This document shows positions 47,101 through 61,237 of a DNA stretch of 64,000 bases, piece by piece; positions within the stretch are counted from its first letter, which is position 1, and every line of letters begins with the position of its first letter. Both the position numbers and the translations under genes were made by a program. The DNA comes from Kudoa neothunni (Eukaryota > Animalia > Cnidaria). The notes under the pieces were generated by a model that saw nothing but the letters and a program-made list of their open reading frames with translations, did no database searches and was not told the origin of the DNA. Location of the stretch: NCBI GenBank assembly GCA_964304625.1, contig OZ199840.1, positions 3,944,490-4,008,489 of the forward strand, given 5' to 3'.

Positions 47101-48315
47101 CTATTCGAATATTATAACTGATACATTTGGTCATATATCGACCTATACAGATTAAACAAACGTTGATATTTATAAAAGAATAATAAATATTCCTTCAAAT
47201 TATATCAAGAGACATAAAATATGAAATTTAGTATTTCGAAATGAATAGTTTTTGACAATAATGTTAATGGCCGTTCTTACACAAATTAAAAAATATAATA
47301 TAAATAACTGAACGCGCAGAAGGTATATAATATTTGTTTAAATATATTTAATTAATAATTTAGATTCAAGTAATCTTTTAAGGTTGAGAAATGTTTTACA
47401 ATTTAATCACGTAGCTGTTAAATTAATTATTTTTTGGCATCTTTAAAAAAAAAGAATTAATTATGATTAATAATTTTAAAAAAATTAGATAAAATTACAG
47501 AAAGTTTAAATATAAATATAACATACTAGCGCGAACTGCCCAGCTTCGCACGGGATTGAGAAAATTTCCTCATAGAAGAATACGGTCAAAAAATAAAATA
47601 ACATAAGACTCTTTCGATTAGCCCTGAGGAGAGATTAAATAAATCTTTTTTTATATATCACACTTTTAACTATTGTGATGGGTACAGTAAAAAATCGAGA
47701 CTATTTTAGAGAGATAATGAAAGTAGCAAAACCTGAATGACTCGGTAATAACTTACGATAATTAATTTTTATTATTTAAATTAATATCATTATCCGACAC
47801 ATTTATATACACTCTCTCCTCAAAACTGTTGCGTAGCCTCTTAATATAAACAAAAATATGTTAAATAATTAGATAACGTAAGATTTCAATCTATACATTA
47901 ACTCTTATCGCTTAAAATGAAGTCTAGCGGCCGCTATAATGAAATTTGAGGACCTAGTTTCAGTATGGAAGGGTTGAATCCATCTGATTACAACATATGC
48001 TTTCAATTCTTCATTAATTTAGCAAATTTGCATATTTTCGCTATATTGAATTCCACCTATAGAACTTTTAAAGTGTACTTATTAAGCCAAATATATTAAA
48101 AGTTACAAAAATAAGGAGCGTATTTAAGCACATCCAAATGTACACTTCTACTTTAAATGTACAGATAAATAAACGATATAAGATGTAACTTGAAATCGTG
48201 GATATATAGCTTATGATTAAACCACTAAAAATGTTCGAAACAACTTGCAGAAGTTCAGTATAGATAAAGACAGTGGCCATTTTCAGGGGTTCATTTAATT
48301 CCCTCTCGGGACTGT

Positions 48316-49868
48316 CTATTCTCATGGAAACGAATAACTCCTCCGTTATAGGCGATATTTCAAATCTGACTTCATATTTGAATTGAGCTATTTTTAATCT
48401 AATTTTTTATGTAAAAATTATTTGAAATTCAAAGAATAAAAATTCAACACTTTGTCTGCCCTATTTACACTGTTCACTAAGTACATTCACATTTTTTGAG
48501 CCTAATATTGTATAATATAAACGTTTTAGTTGAAATGACATGTAAAAACATTTATTAATACATAGAAACTGTTCTGTTTGGGCATTCGTGTGTCACCCAT
48601 CATATCTGAATATGTGCATGAATCTTATTTGATTATGGGACGTTCTATTTCGTGAGACTATTTCTAAGTTTCAAAGAACTTTGAAATAACTAAAATCTAT
48701 AGAACAAGTTTATATATTACATTCAATTTGATAAGAGAAATTTAAGATTTCGTAAGATATAAAATACCAGTTGCATGGAATTAGTCGGAAAAGTGGTGTC
48801 ATTATCGCTGCCTATGAAGCGCTGTTAAATTGATATGCTCCAACCTATACCTTGTATTAAAAAATATTTTGCTGTTAAAATTTCGAATATGGTTATTTCG
48901 GAGAAATTTTGTTGGGCTCACAGTTAAACAATCACGGCTAGTGGATAAATTGATCAATTCTTCATTGGGGGTGAAAATTGATTTTTCTGAACTATTAAAA
49001 TTACACATTCATTAGTATCGGGAAGGAGATTTTTGCAATCTTAAAATGAAATTTTTAAGAACAATTCAAACTGCTCATGGACGAATTAACCGTTATTTTA
49101 ACTCCAACATTGTTTATTAAATACCTGCTACATTTCTTCGTTGGCTCGCTTTACAAAAGTCAAAGCGAATTTACCCCAAAAATTACTATTCAAAAATTTT
49201 CATTTTATAAATTTACCCATTGAGACACTACCAGAGAAATTAATGCAGAAAATTTAGAATCAGCCTGCTTGTTAAAAATTGATAAATGAGTTTATATCAA
49301 GAAGTATAGGTTTACTCTTAAATTAAAACTCATAGGTTCCTGTATTCACGAATAGGCACCATGAAAACCTTTCTCATATTTCCGATTAAAGTAAATACAT
49401 TTGTAGGGGAATAACAACGAAAATTCTCCTAAATTATGGTACAATCTTGTAGATACATATGAAAAGTGGTTTAAATCGATGTAAAATAGTTCGAATCAAA
49501 TTAATATCAATTAATTAACGACAATTTTGTTAAATTTATATTAAAAAATGTTTAGATAGAAACGTACATGTTTCATAAATGATTGGAGATGACATATTCT
49601 AAATTAAACAGCGTGGGTTGAGACGTATTAAACTAAAGGTTTCTAACTACCATTAGATATGTTTACATTACATAATATAAAACTCAAAAATGTGAGTGTA
49701 CTACTAGTGAATAGTGTGAATAGAGCAGGTAAAATGTCGAATTTTTATTCTTTGAATTTTCCAATAATTTTTACATAGATAATTAGATTAAAAATTGTTA
49801 AATTCAAGTAAGAGCCAGATTGGAAATATCGCCTATAATGGCGGAGTTATTCGTTTACATGAGAATAG
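48316..49868. mobile_element. Non-autonomous DNA transposon with ~55-bp TIRs, superfamily unassigned
   Basis: CTATTCTCATGGAAACGAATAACTCCTCCGTTATAGGCGATATTTCAAATCTG vs CAGATTGGAAATATCGCCTATAATGGCGGAGTTATTCGTTTACATGAGAATAG. Confidence 0.8.
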
Positions 49869-50104
49869 CTACTGCTAAAGATAAATGTCGCCATGAATAA
49901 ACAGATATAATCCTATTATTGAAACAGCGTAATCCGCTTAACAAACCTAACATCAAGGACAACACAATTTCCTAGATTCATTTTGAATTTTAGTCAATGT
50001 AATAACAAATGAGAGGATTTTTAAATTATCGTATACTAATAAAAGTTACATAAATATCTATCTATAAGGATAAAAATTTGTCGCGCATGCGTACTAGGCA
50101 CACA

Positions 50105-52959
50105 CAAGGCTGCCAGGGCTTGGGTTTTTCCCCAAGACCTTGGAATTTTTATGGTCATCATGGATTCTTAGTGGTTTTTCCATTTTTTACAAAATCACGA
50201 GTTTTTATTGAAAACCTGTAAACAGTGAATAATAACACAAATTTTATTATGTGCGACATTAATATTTATGTTATTAATTACGTATCCTATTCAGATGGCA
50301 GTGTCTATTGGCCCGAACAAATTTATTTATTTTTCGAGCTTTTTGTTATAGTAAATCTGTGTTGTCTGATATAAAACAACTCGCAATTGTGTACTTAATG
50401 TTTTTATCGAGTTATATCGTTTAAAAATATTCTGTATAATGTAATATGGTTTCGACTAAATGGACCGTAAGAAGTTTTTATATTGAGTTTATGAGTTATT
50501 TATTTATTCAAATGAACATTTTTAGTTCTAACTCAACTTTTAATTATCTATATAACTAAAATTTTTATTTTAATAGTTTTAATTTTATTGTAACGTGCGT
50601 TGATTTGATTGTAATCATCCCCTAATGTTGTAATACAAAATTATTGTAAAAAAATGTAGTATTTTTCACTAGACCAAAAATATAAAGTATATAGTTGTTG
50701 TATTTAAAGATATTTGGTTATAGCAAAAGAAAAATTTTGATTTTACTCCTACGCGCGTGTTTACGGAATGAGATTGCCTGAACTTAATACGATTTTTCAA
50801 ACCGGAAATACTTTTAGCATTTTTGAGGAGTTAAAGTTGAAAATAGAAGAATACGAACAAAACTCCATGGGTAGTTTATCCATATATGACTCTTAAACCA
50901 TCGAAAGAACTTAGAAGCGATGTAATAAAACGTTAAATCCAATACTTTAGTTTTATCATACAAAATACTGCTGGGTTCATCGCGACAAAAACTTAATTGC
51001 TTCAAAAATTTAAATAAATTTTTTATATGCATTAAAGTTTGAAAACATGCTGTCGTTATTTTAGAGAAAACGACCTGTTGGTAGAAGAAATTCGAATTCT
51101 TATTACAAAGCATGCCCAATGTCTCTAAAATTTTCAATCACCGCCGACGTAGAAAAATTCATATTAAAATTCTTTGACTTATCACATAACCATGATTCTA
51201 CGAACTTTCCATCACAATTTGTACATAGTAGAAATAAAATATCAAAGGATGAAAGTGATCTTATCGCTCAACTTGTTCAAGTTAACGGAAATTCCAAAGT
51301 AATCCAATAAAACATATTACGCAAAAGGGGAACTTTGTTTCATTGAATAAAGTGTCTAACATGAAGCACTCTTATAAATCACATACAAAGAGCCTGTAAT
51401 TTTAAAAAAATTCAAATAAAAAAGGAAGATGTTTAGAGATATGGGAAATCAACAATGAGACTATAGGCTGCGACATGTCTTCAATCGAGCTATTTTAAAT
51501 GCCACCATATTAAACTGAACCCGTCCTCAAAATATTAGAGTTGTATGAATTGTAAAACAGAAGAATGGTAGTAAGAGAAATCATGATAAAAAACTTTCGT
51601 TTTAATTCATATGCTATTTAAATATATCTTATACCATCATGAATATGTATTTTACCCATCCATAAGATGGTATATTATGTTACAATAATTTAAAAGGATT
51701 TTTTTATCAAATATGTTCAATCAATTTTACAAAATTCATATAGTCATGTAGTTGAATTCATGAGAACATCTGTGTGATACATGGCTTGGTGAAAAAAGTC
51801 AAAGTCCAACATTTTTTGAATAAAATCACCAATAAAAAGTTATATTTTTAAACGTTGAAAATAATGGTCCAAATATGAATAAAATTGTTATAGTGGATAA
51901 TAACAATTAAATATTTTAATTGAGAACATTAAATTTCAACCAGTACCGTCAAAATTCAGTTTGTATGCGAAGTCTAAATAAGGGAGTATGTGAAGTGTCC
52001 TGATTAGGTGACATTAAATTAGGTATAAATCAACAAATTTGATTCATTTTCAAATAAAAAAATCATATTCACAATATTTATTTACATTGAGTGATTTTAT
52101 ACCGATATTATAAAAAATATCAATGTCGGACATTTGACGCTATTTGGAGTTTTGGGTTTACGACAACCATTTATATGGATGAAATCAATTAAAAAATATT
52201 GAAAATAGCAAATAACATGATTACAACAGTGAATTCATTTAAAACTATGAATATAACACGGATATATCATATCAGAAAATTATTATTGCATAATACATGG
52301 AACGAATAAATTTCTTACTGATAAAAAATCATAAAAACATTTCATTCAAATGTTAAACAAGTTTATGAAGGAAATAGAGCATTTACAGCGATAAATTACA
52401 ATAATGATGAGGATGGATCTTTCCTAAGTAACGCCTTATATCACAGATTCCTAAAGACAAAATTCTTTTATTTTTTCACATTAACATATAACCCATGTTA
52501 ATAATTTTTTGACTCATTAAAATTTAAAAAGAATCCCCTAAATAGGTAAAAACAATTTGTTCCGGCCAATAGACACTTCCTATTCAGATTATATCGTGCA
52601 GGGTTCAAACATTTACGATATCAAACGACAGCACAATAGATTGTTTAACGTGACACGGTTACACAACTGTTCGGTTAACATTGGCGCACATTATTAGAAA
52701 ATTTAACGTTATTTCAAAATTTATCTTGAACTATGAATTAATTAATTCATTGTGAGCATATTGATCTATACTAGACATTAGGTTTGAGTGAGTGTTCGCA
52801 CCAATAAATAGTAATAATACGACGATAAATTTAAATTTAATATCTGTAGACGTAATTAAAGACTCGGAAGATGATTAAAAACTTCAACAGATACTATTCT
52901 ATTTTTTTGTTGTATTGTAGTAGACTAGCGTTTTTTCTAAAACCCCGCTGGAAGCCCTG
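50105..52959. mobile_element. hAT element
   Basis: CAAGGCTGCCAG / CTGGAAGCCCTG TIRs; 8-bp TSD GGCACACA/GGCACACG. Confidence 0.75.
50297..52580 (+). mobile_element. Mutator-like element (MULE), decayed
   Basis: TIR GGCAGTGTCTATTGGCCCGAACAAAT / ATTTGTTCCGGCCAATAGACACTTCC; perfect 9-bp TSD TATTCAGAT; FAR1-like HNH peptide at 51119-51310. Confidence 0.88.
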
Positions 52960-53918
52960 GGCACACGCACATTCCGACAGTCCTGCTTTATATATATAAG
53001 GGATTAAAAAATCTCCCCAAGATTTCCCAACGCGGTAATAAATCTGTTATTATAAATAAAGCATTATGAAGTAGCATCCATTTCCAACCCCAATGTCCCG
53101 TTAAAAAACGAAATTCAAATTGTTGAAATTTTTCAAAAACCTTCATTTACTTTTCATACGTGATGAGTTTGTTATAGGGAATAAAAATGTTTTACAATTC
53201 TGACAAGAAAAGAACGATCATGCTCGCTTCGTTGGAAATACATTTATTTGAAATTATTTCAACAAATTTTTCTCGGATTAAAATAACCAATTCTTTTAAT
53301 TAAAACAAAATAAAAATGATTACAAATTTTCCTCAATTTATGAAAATTAGTTATATTAAGTAGTTCTTCATATTACTATACGCGCTTGCCGATTTTACAT
53401 ACTTTTTCCGCGACCTCGTTGATAATGCGTAATCCAGATCGACAAATGTATGTAATAACTTATATTTCGACTTGCAATAATTGAATATGACCTTAAAGAA
53501 AAATCATGATGAATTTATAAGCTATTACTTTACAACCTTGAATTTATTTTTTTATAATTTTTAACTTAATTAAGTCTTGACTTTGATAAATGAAGATATC
53601 TATCTTCCGCATGGACAACAAAATAAACTTACCCACCTATTTCCTGCAAAATTGAATCACAACAAAATTATCGGATTTAAATTTTTATGATTTTGATATT
53701 CTTAAGTTAGTATTTGTAATTCTGAAAATATGTTTTAAATAACTATAGAACACTCTTTGTCTATCGCCATTATTGAATCATCCGATTTAACGATATATCG
53801 TGTATAAATACATCAATCAAATAATGAGCTAACTAATACAGCCGACTGTTATGACAATAAGGTTCGAACACTCCAAATAATATTTTATACCGATTAACTA
53901 ATCCTATACAATTGTAAA

Positions 53919-54931
53919 ATGAACCTGGGCTATCAACTATTTGTAATTTTGTTGCTTTCGGGAACGTTTATTTCACAGACTGCATCCAAACTTTTCCGTA
54001 CGGTCAGCAACCAACTTATATGGCAGAACTTTGCAGATGAAATACCGAACGATTCATGTATACGACTGACCATGGACAAGATGGATGTTTATGTCGACTG
54101 GGAAACAACTGATAACAAATATAGCAATAAAGTGCAAAATACTACTTGTAACTCGTTAAATAATCTTTCCAATTAAGGATATGCACTTAAGTTCACTAAC
54201 AAACAATTTCAAACTAAAAAATATTATGTGTTTTGACGAAAGTCACATCTCTGAGATATACGCAAAAAGCAATAAAACAACTAAAGCATTCGTGGAACTC
54301 GAAAGTAAAGACATAACTCTAAGATTCAATTTCCACACGGAGTACAATCATAAGCTCAACTCTCCCCTTATAACTTTCCCAGGCGTCACAGTGATACATA
54401 CAAACCAAATAAAACAGGTTACCAGCAGTGAAATTGCTTCCCACCTCAGCGGTACCTAATATATTAGTTTCAAACTTACTAAGGCAAAATTTTAGATACT
54501 GTAGAAACACAATTGAATGATCAGATCTTCAAGTTGGGTGTTGCATACGCAGAGAACGGATACGAATGCTCTAACTATAATAGTAAATGGTTGGTTAAGA
54601 ACGACAAAACCATTGAAATGAAGAGCCACTCAGTCAATTACACCAACAACATTTATTATGAAATAAAAATTGACAATATCCGTGTAGAATTTTTACAATT
54701 TTCCGAATTGAACAATTATCCTCGCAATGGTAACCACTTACTTTGCAAATAAATTTTCTGTAACCAGATATATTTTTAATAGTGATAGATTGCTTCGCTG
54801 ATGCCAATTTGAACACAGGCAAATATATGCTCCAAGTCGGATGCGTTACTTTGCTAGCAGTTGCAGTTTTTGGATGCTTATTCAAGTCTTTTTCTGCTAA
54901 AAAATATTATATTTACGCTAAAAAGGTATAA
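53919..54931 (+). CDS. Divergent LAMP-like type I membrane protein, paralog A; exons 53919-54131, 54178-54451, 54496-54729, 54783-54931; 289 aa
   Basis: Signal peptide, 4 luminal Cys (DSC, IMC, GYEC, IDC), hydrophobic C-terminal segment, tail FKSFSAKKYYIYAKKV; 870 nt in frame. The LAMP assignment is inferred. Confidence 0.8.
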
Positions 54932-56498
54932 AAAAATTTCTACTACATCTATCTTATTAATTATATAATATTATCATTTATTTGGACAATTATCTATTTT
55001 AGCATTTATAGAATGTGTCTTTATTTCAACGTGCGTGTAAATTATTTCCCATTTATTTAACCAAATTGAATAAATTTACGTTATTTTCCTATGGATGTCT
55101 AAATTATACCATCCAAGGATAAATAGGGTATCTGAATCGAAAATACTTCTTGAAATAATGAAATCAAATAAATCAATTTATTTTAAAACAAAAGCTGTGA
55201 TTCACCCAAAAGAGTTCGAATTTTTAAATATCTTACAGACTTCTAATAGCCAAACCATAAAGAAAGGGCGTAACTGACTCAGTTTTCAGTAATATTGAGA
55301 TTTAAGACGAATCATTCAATTCTCTCTGTGGCATAATTATACGAGAAATTGATATCCAACAAAAAATATCTAGCACACCAACTACGGAATATTTCATTTA
55401 AAAAATTTCGAGATAAATTTATGTGTTTATTCTTCAATTAATAATTTGAGATATTACTGTGATTGACATAAAACTGTATTTAAACGAACCCCGTTTGGTA
55501 GAAACTGAAAAATATTCATAACTTTTTATTTTTTTAAACTATAGTTCGAAAATTTAAAAAAATTTATAAAACATTATTTCATAACAAATTATTTAAATCA
55601 TAGTTTTAACTGAAACATTAAATTCTCGTCACTGCGAAAGTTGTCACCTTTTAGCGTATTTTTTGATAAACTTACCTTGACAAGGAAAGAAATAATAATA
55701 TATGAAATCTGGAACCTATTTTCGATGGTTTTATTTTATATAAAGCGTAAAAACCTTCAAAAAATAGATGTTCAAATTATTTCCTAAATTTTCCTTGGGC
55801 CCAAAAAGTTATGCAATATTGAGAGTTTATTGTAGCTATATTTATACCTGGCACGAAATGATATCACACGTACGAAATTATTGGCAAGTAAATGCAGACT
55901 TCTAAAAAGAGGGTGATTAAAAATATATTTCAACACTTTAAATTAATCCAAATCGTTTTCTGAGTTATTATTTATAATTATATAGAGTATATTCGGTTAT
56001 AATAGTGTAGAGGTTGAAATAGTATTTTTCTCAAAATTTTATTTAAGTTCATGAGAGTGAGGAAATTTCTGAGAACATTGAATTTTAAAGTACTAGTTGT
56101 AGAAATACTGTTAAATAACTGTTTTAACTTATTTATGTTAGGAACTGTAAGAAAAACAAATCCAGAAAGGAGACGAACCAACAATGGTATTTAGTGGAAG
56201 AAAATATTCACAGGAATGATTCATGTCTATTTTTAAATTATCTAAACAGTTTGAAAATATTTCTCGATATGATTTTCAGATGTTAAAACTAATATTCTTA
56301 TTGGTAAAATATGATATAAAACAGATAACGGTCGTTTAACTAGATCAAACTGGCTATTAAATTAATAGATATACCTAGATTAGTTGATTAATGAATCAAT
56401 AAATCATTCACTCGAGGTCTATGGATTTAATCATATTAAGCTAACTCGGAAAGCTTAATATCGTTCATATAATTGGTCTAAACCAAATACAATCTAAA

Positions 56499-57507
56499 AT
56501 GATTCTTATTGTCGTTCTAGTGGTGTTGATGTCTAGCAGTTTCGATATGAAACGATTTGAAAGTGATGATTCAATGGTGATATGGGAAGATTTCGTAGAA
56601 GTCAAAAAAGAATTGCAAATGTGCATGTCGCTGAGTCTTTCCAAGCTTTACGCCTATGTCGATTGGAGTATACCGGATAGACTTGAACAGGTGGGTTTTC
56701 TAACACGATTAACCACGTATGCTGATACTATACCATAATGTTTCTTAGGATCTCCATTCTGCGTCCGAGTTGAGCAATTTCCAGTATAAATCTTCCAAAT
56801 GCTTCAGTGCAAAAAACCTAGTTCCTGATCATACGGCTCAATTACACACAATAATAGAAGATACAGCCTTTATAGAGATAGAGAGTAGAGAAATTAAACT
56901 AAAGTTTGAATTCATTGGAAGAGGTCGTAAGTTGACCGGTATCCAAATGGTTCAATTCAACGGATTAACAATCACACACAAAAACCAAGTAGCAAAAGAC
57001 AATAACGAAGGTAATAAATTATTTAAATGATTATTTTCGTTGAAAAATCTATTAATCTCTCCATAAAGTTGTAGAAACAACCTTAGAGGACAAATTATTC
57101 ACAATTGGGTCCCCAAATAATAGCGGATACAGGTGTTCAAGTATAGCTAGCAGTTGGTTAAAGCGCTCTCCTTTCAAATTTAATGATGCCAACATCGAAA
57201 CAAGCCATTACGATATACTTTATAGCATTGAAATGAGAAATTTTGAGGTGAATTTCTATAATCCTTTTGGAGCCAATCCGCTAAATTACAGCACTAATGA
57301 AGGTATTCAATTACAATTGGTTTCATTTAGATGTAACTATTTTTAGTTTTAACATGTTTCAACGATAACTTGGACTATTTTGAATATTCGATCAACCTTG
57401 CTATCACAGCTTTGCTTGTTGTTACCTTCATTATTGCAATTGTAGTTGGATCATTCCGACCAGTCAAACATTACATTATACACACTTCACGCTCATCAAA
57501 ACACTAG
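56499..57507 (+). CDS. Divergent LAMP-like type I membrane protein, paralog B; exons 56499-56690, 56749-57010, 57069-57302, 57347-57507; 282 aa
   Basis: Same exon phases as paralog A and the same 234-nt exon 3; shared IW..F, YVDW, AF.E.ES..I.L.F.F, GY.CS...S.WL motifs; TM LAITALLVVTFIIAIVVG; 849 nt in frame. Confidence 0.8.
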
Positions 57508-57959
57508 CGTGTAAGGGAAAATATTTAGATTGATCACACAAGATAATTTATTTTAAAATAGTTTATAGTTATTTTTTAGTGGTTATTTGATAATATGCTA
57601 TTTCTCAATAAAGTCGTGTGGTTCCCAGATATTTGTCATTACTTTCAACTGATCGGTGTTACTATGTTTAAAAAATATGATAATTGTAAAAAATAACATT
57701 TAATTGATACTGTAGCTTATAATTTAGGTTTAATAACATATTTTTTCATTTAATCGATATTGAAGTTTTAAAATAGACGCAACCTTTTTGCAAAACAACG
57801 TCAACCCTTTATATTCGATTAAAGAATTCTCATTAGACCTACAATGCAAACAACGAGGGTGGTCATAATTGGTACGTTTTCGCCCTAATTAAAGGTATAG
57901 GCACTTTTGGTACGACTTTGACGCAAGTTGGTACTTTTTAAGGTCAACGAGTTTCGAGA

Positions 57960-59770
57960 TAAATTATTATAAGTGCACACCACATAATGAAATAATGTGT
58001 TAGAACATGGGTTCTCAACCAGGGGAAATTTTAAATGACAGAGGGTAAATTAAGTAACATCAAAATTGGAAAAGGAAAATTTTTGCGTAATAAGGTTTGT
58101 GATGTATCTAAGGATGTCAAAGGAATTATAATATTCGGGGTTATTAAATTCAATAATGAGTTGGTAGAAATTCTTAAAATGTTTTTAGAAATACGTATTT
58201 AATAAATATTTATGAAACTATAGACAATCTCGTTCTTTTATGACTCGTTTATTTTCTAGTGATGTAGCTAATAATAATACTTAAAGTTGCAATCTACATG
58301 ATGAATAATATTTAGGTGTCGTTAGTTTTGATTATTTGTAATTATTTTTTACCCCTAAGAGGGAAGGAAGACCAGCAATACTTTAATGTAGAAAAATCTT
58401 AAATGATTAAATCCGTAGACAGTTTGTGAGTTAGAGATGATGGGATTAAAAATTGTCATTACACAAGCGTACATGCCTATTGGTAATAGAATTTACCGTG
58501 TAAATAGCCTCTGCCATAGCCAAACCAAAATAAAGCTTTAGAGTAAATATGAATTTGGTTCCCAAATTTAGGGGGGCTAAATTTGAAAAAACGATTGAGA
58601 ACCCCTGTGTTAGAAGACTTGGTGCAATGTATCCACTCACACCCCTCGAACAGCTCAAAACGTCAAAATGAATATAACGAACAACAAAAATTTGTTGGCA
58701 TCGAGCATCATAAGATATCGCATTTCTGCTGCACTAGATTGCTGTCTTTTGCGCAAGTTATTAAGAAAATGGTAGAAGAATGGGAATTCTTCTACCAACG
58801 TTTCTTATGGCGTGAAAATAAGAAAGCAGGACTGAACTCGCACCTAAAATGTTATCACCTTTCTCTAAACACACCTATACATGAATTTTACTGTTTTTTG
58901 ACTCATATCTTACCCATAGTCAATAAACTCAACGTTAAATGTTGAATTACAAGATGAGAGTTTAGAGTTCATAAACTAGGGAATTTTTTGAAAATATTAT
59001 TAGATTGAAACTTAATTATTCTTTGAGAATAAGTCTGATCAAAAAATAACACCGCCTGAAGCTTAAATTTTAAGCACCTCTCAAAATACATTCCTTCGGA
59101 TAATTATTGTTGTTATTATTATTGTGTTGAAAGTGGAATCAATTTAGAACGAAAATACTACTGCAAGTATTACTCAAGATCTTCTCATGTTCTTATCAAA
59201 GCTCTGGATTTCTGTTTACTATTGACGAACCTGATACTTCAAAGGTTTCTGACCATCGCAAAGTTTTATGCATTTGCAATTATTTGAAGAAATGCCTCCA
59301 GCAAATGTCATTGAAGTAAAACCTCATTTCATTATAAACCTCGCAAAGAGATTTCCAAATATTATTGCTGAAGATGAACATTTAAATGTGGATATTGAAT
59401 AGATAGAAGTTAGCCTGGAGAGTAATGGGCGTTTCGTTGAAAAAGATACAGAGACATTTTGAACGTGGTCTCGAATGAAATTAGCGGGGAAATATTCGAG
59501 TATCCATTGTTATCAAAGCCGAAGTTGTCTTTACCTGTTTTGCCTCATTCGTCTGGATCTGCAGACAGATTATCTTCATTAGTGAATAGCATCGAAATCA
59601 AAAAAACATATTTTAATTGAAGATGAAACAATATATGCTCTCAATAAAAATTCTGAATATTTATTGAGAGATGTCATTTGCATGAGACAGAATCCATTTG
59701 ACCAAATAACTAAAATGATGGAAAATATAAACCTATATGAGTTTGACAGCTATGATTCTATGAATTAGAT
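57960..59770 (+). pseudogene. Degenerate hAT transposase interrupted by a MITE
   Basis: LEDLVQCIHSHPSNSSKRQ...HKISHFCCTRLLS (RW motif region) and LPHSSGSADRLSS; many stops; left boundary approximate. Confidence 0.65.
58006..58607. mobile_element. hAT MITE
   Basis: CATGGGTTCTCAA / TTGAGAACCCCTG TIRs; perfect 8-bp TSD TGTTAGAA. Confidence 0.9.
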
Positions 59771-61237
59771 GGATTATCCAAATATCTCCTTGGCGATTAC
59801 CAGCCATTATTTCTATGTGTATAAGAATAAGAATTTCGTATTTTCAGCACACATTAGATGTTAAATTGCAACAAAAGCATAACGTTAATATCAAAAATTA
59901 TTTTATAGGATGAAATGCGGAGAATCCTAATGCAAATAGTTCAATAAATTTCATACTAATTTGTTTTAAAAAATTCAGCATTAATGTTTGAACTAATTAT
60001 AATCTTGTATTGGAAAGTGCGGCCACTATTCTGCATTTTAACCATTTACATAAACGGAAATAATGATAATGGTTAAAGAGTTTTTTCACGCGTTCAAATA
60101 CAACGCGATAAATGATGAATTTTCCAATAACTAGATCTCGACTGTCCTATTGAATTTATAAGAGTATAATTGGTCAATAACTGTTAACAGTTATTGGGTT
60201 TGTCGTTCGATGATTAAATATTCGGAATCTATCGTTAAACTATGTATTATTAGAACATCTAATCCAAAATTTTATTATAAATTTGATAGAATTTAATTTA
60301 TGAGACGCAAATAATTTGAAACAAATTTTTTGATTTTTCTCAGATAGAAAAGTTATCTAATGTGATTATAGATAAGCTTAAACCCAATTGAGTTGCCATG
60401 AGTATTTCTATGATCTTGCTTTGTATTATCATCGCAACGCTATAATACATTACAATAAATTGGGAGATGTTGCGTATTTTTAATAATCCGGCCACCTTAT
60501 TGATTAAAATACTCTGACGCGACCGCCAGATATAACATGAATACCCATACCCAAAAGGATTAGAACATTTAGTATTCTACCACAATAGGAAATTCAAAAT
60601 TTAGCTGAAGAATGCAATAAAATCTTAATTATAACACACAAGGCATCTATGAAAGAATATATTCGAAAAATACGGTCGCAACTTGGATCATTTTATTTCG
60701 AAACCTTACTAATGTGAGTATTGTAGTATGTCTAAGAGTTAAAAATTAGAAATTTTCTAAATGACACATTCTTTGGCCCTCAGGCGTGCCCTTGTACCAA
60801 AATAGTAAAATATCACGTTTCATGAGAAATAACGAAGCTACTCCACGAAAGCATGGGATAGCATCCGTTGATTGTTAATCGAAAACTTTTTATGATTTCT
60901 TACGTGACATTATTGGAAATCTAAGCTTACAAAATATAAACTTTTATTTAACATTTTTTATGGTCTATAACCATCACAATAAGTGTTATTCAAAATATAA
61001 AGGATGACTGTCACATAGAAAGGATTGACTGGCACATTACAACGTTGGTGTAAATTCTGTAATGAATTCGCAAATTAAATATTATAGAAAGTAAAAATGG
61101 AAATATAAACTTTGGCAGCATTCGAAAATGATAACTATACCTGCAACGAATAGGAAACAATAATAGGAACCTTAACTGGATAAAATATTCGTTTAAACTC
61201 GGTACTATAAACACACGAATCGCACTCAACTCGAGAG

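Larger units (their letters stand above)
47526..53003 (-). mobile_element. Non-autonomous Helitron carrying nested insertions
   Basis: 5' A|TCCCTTATATATATAAAGCAGG at 53003; 3' hairpin CCCGTGCGAAGCTGGG then CTAG|T at 47526. That the two ends belong to one element is inferred. Confidence 0.65.
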
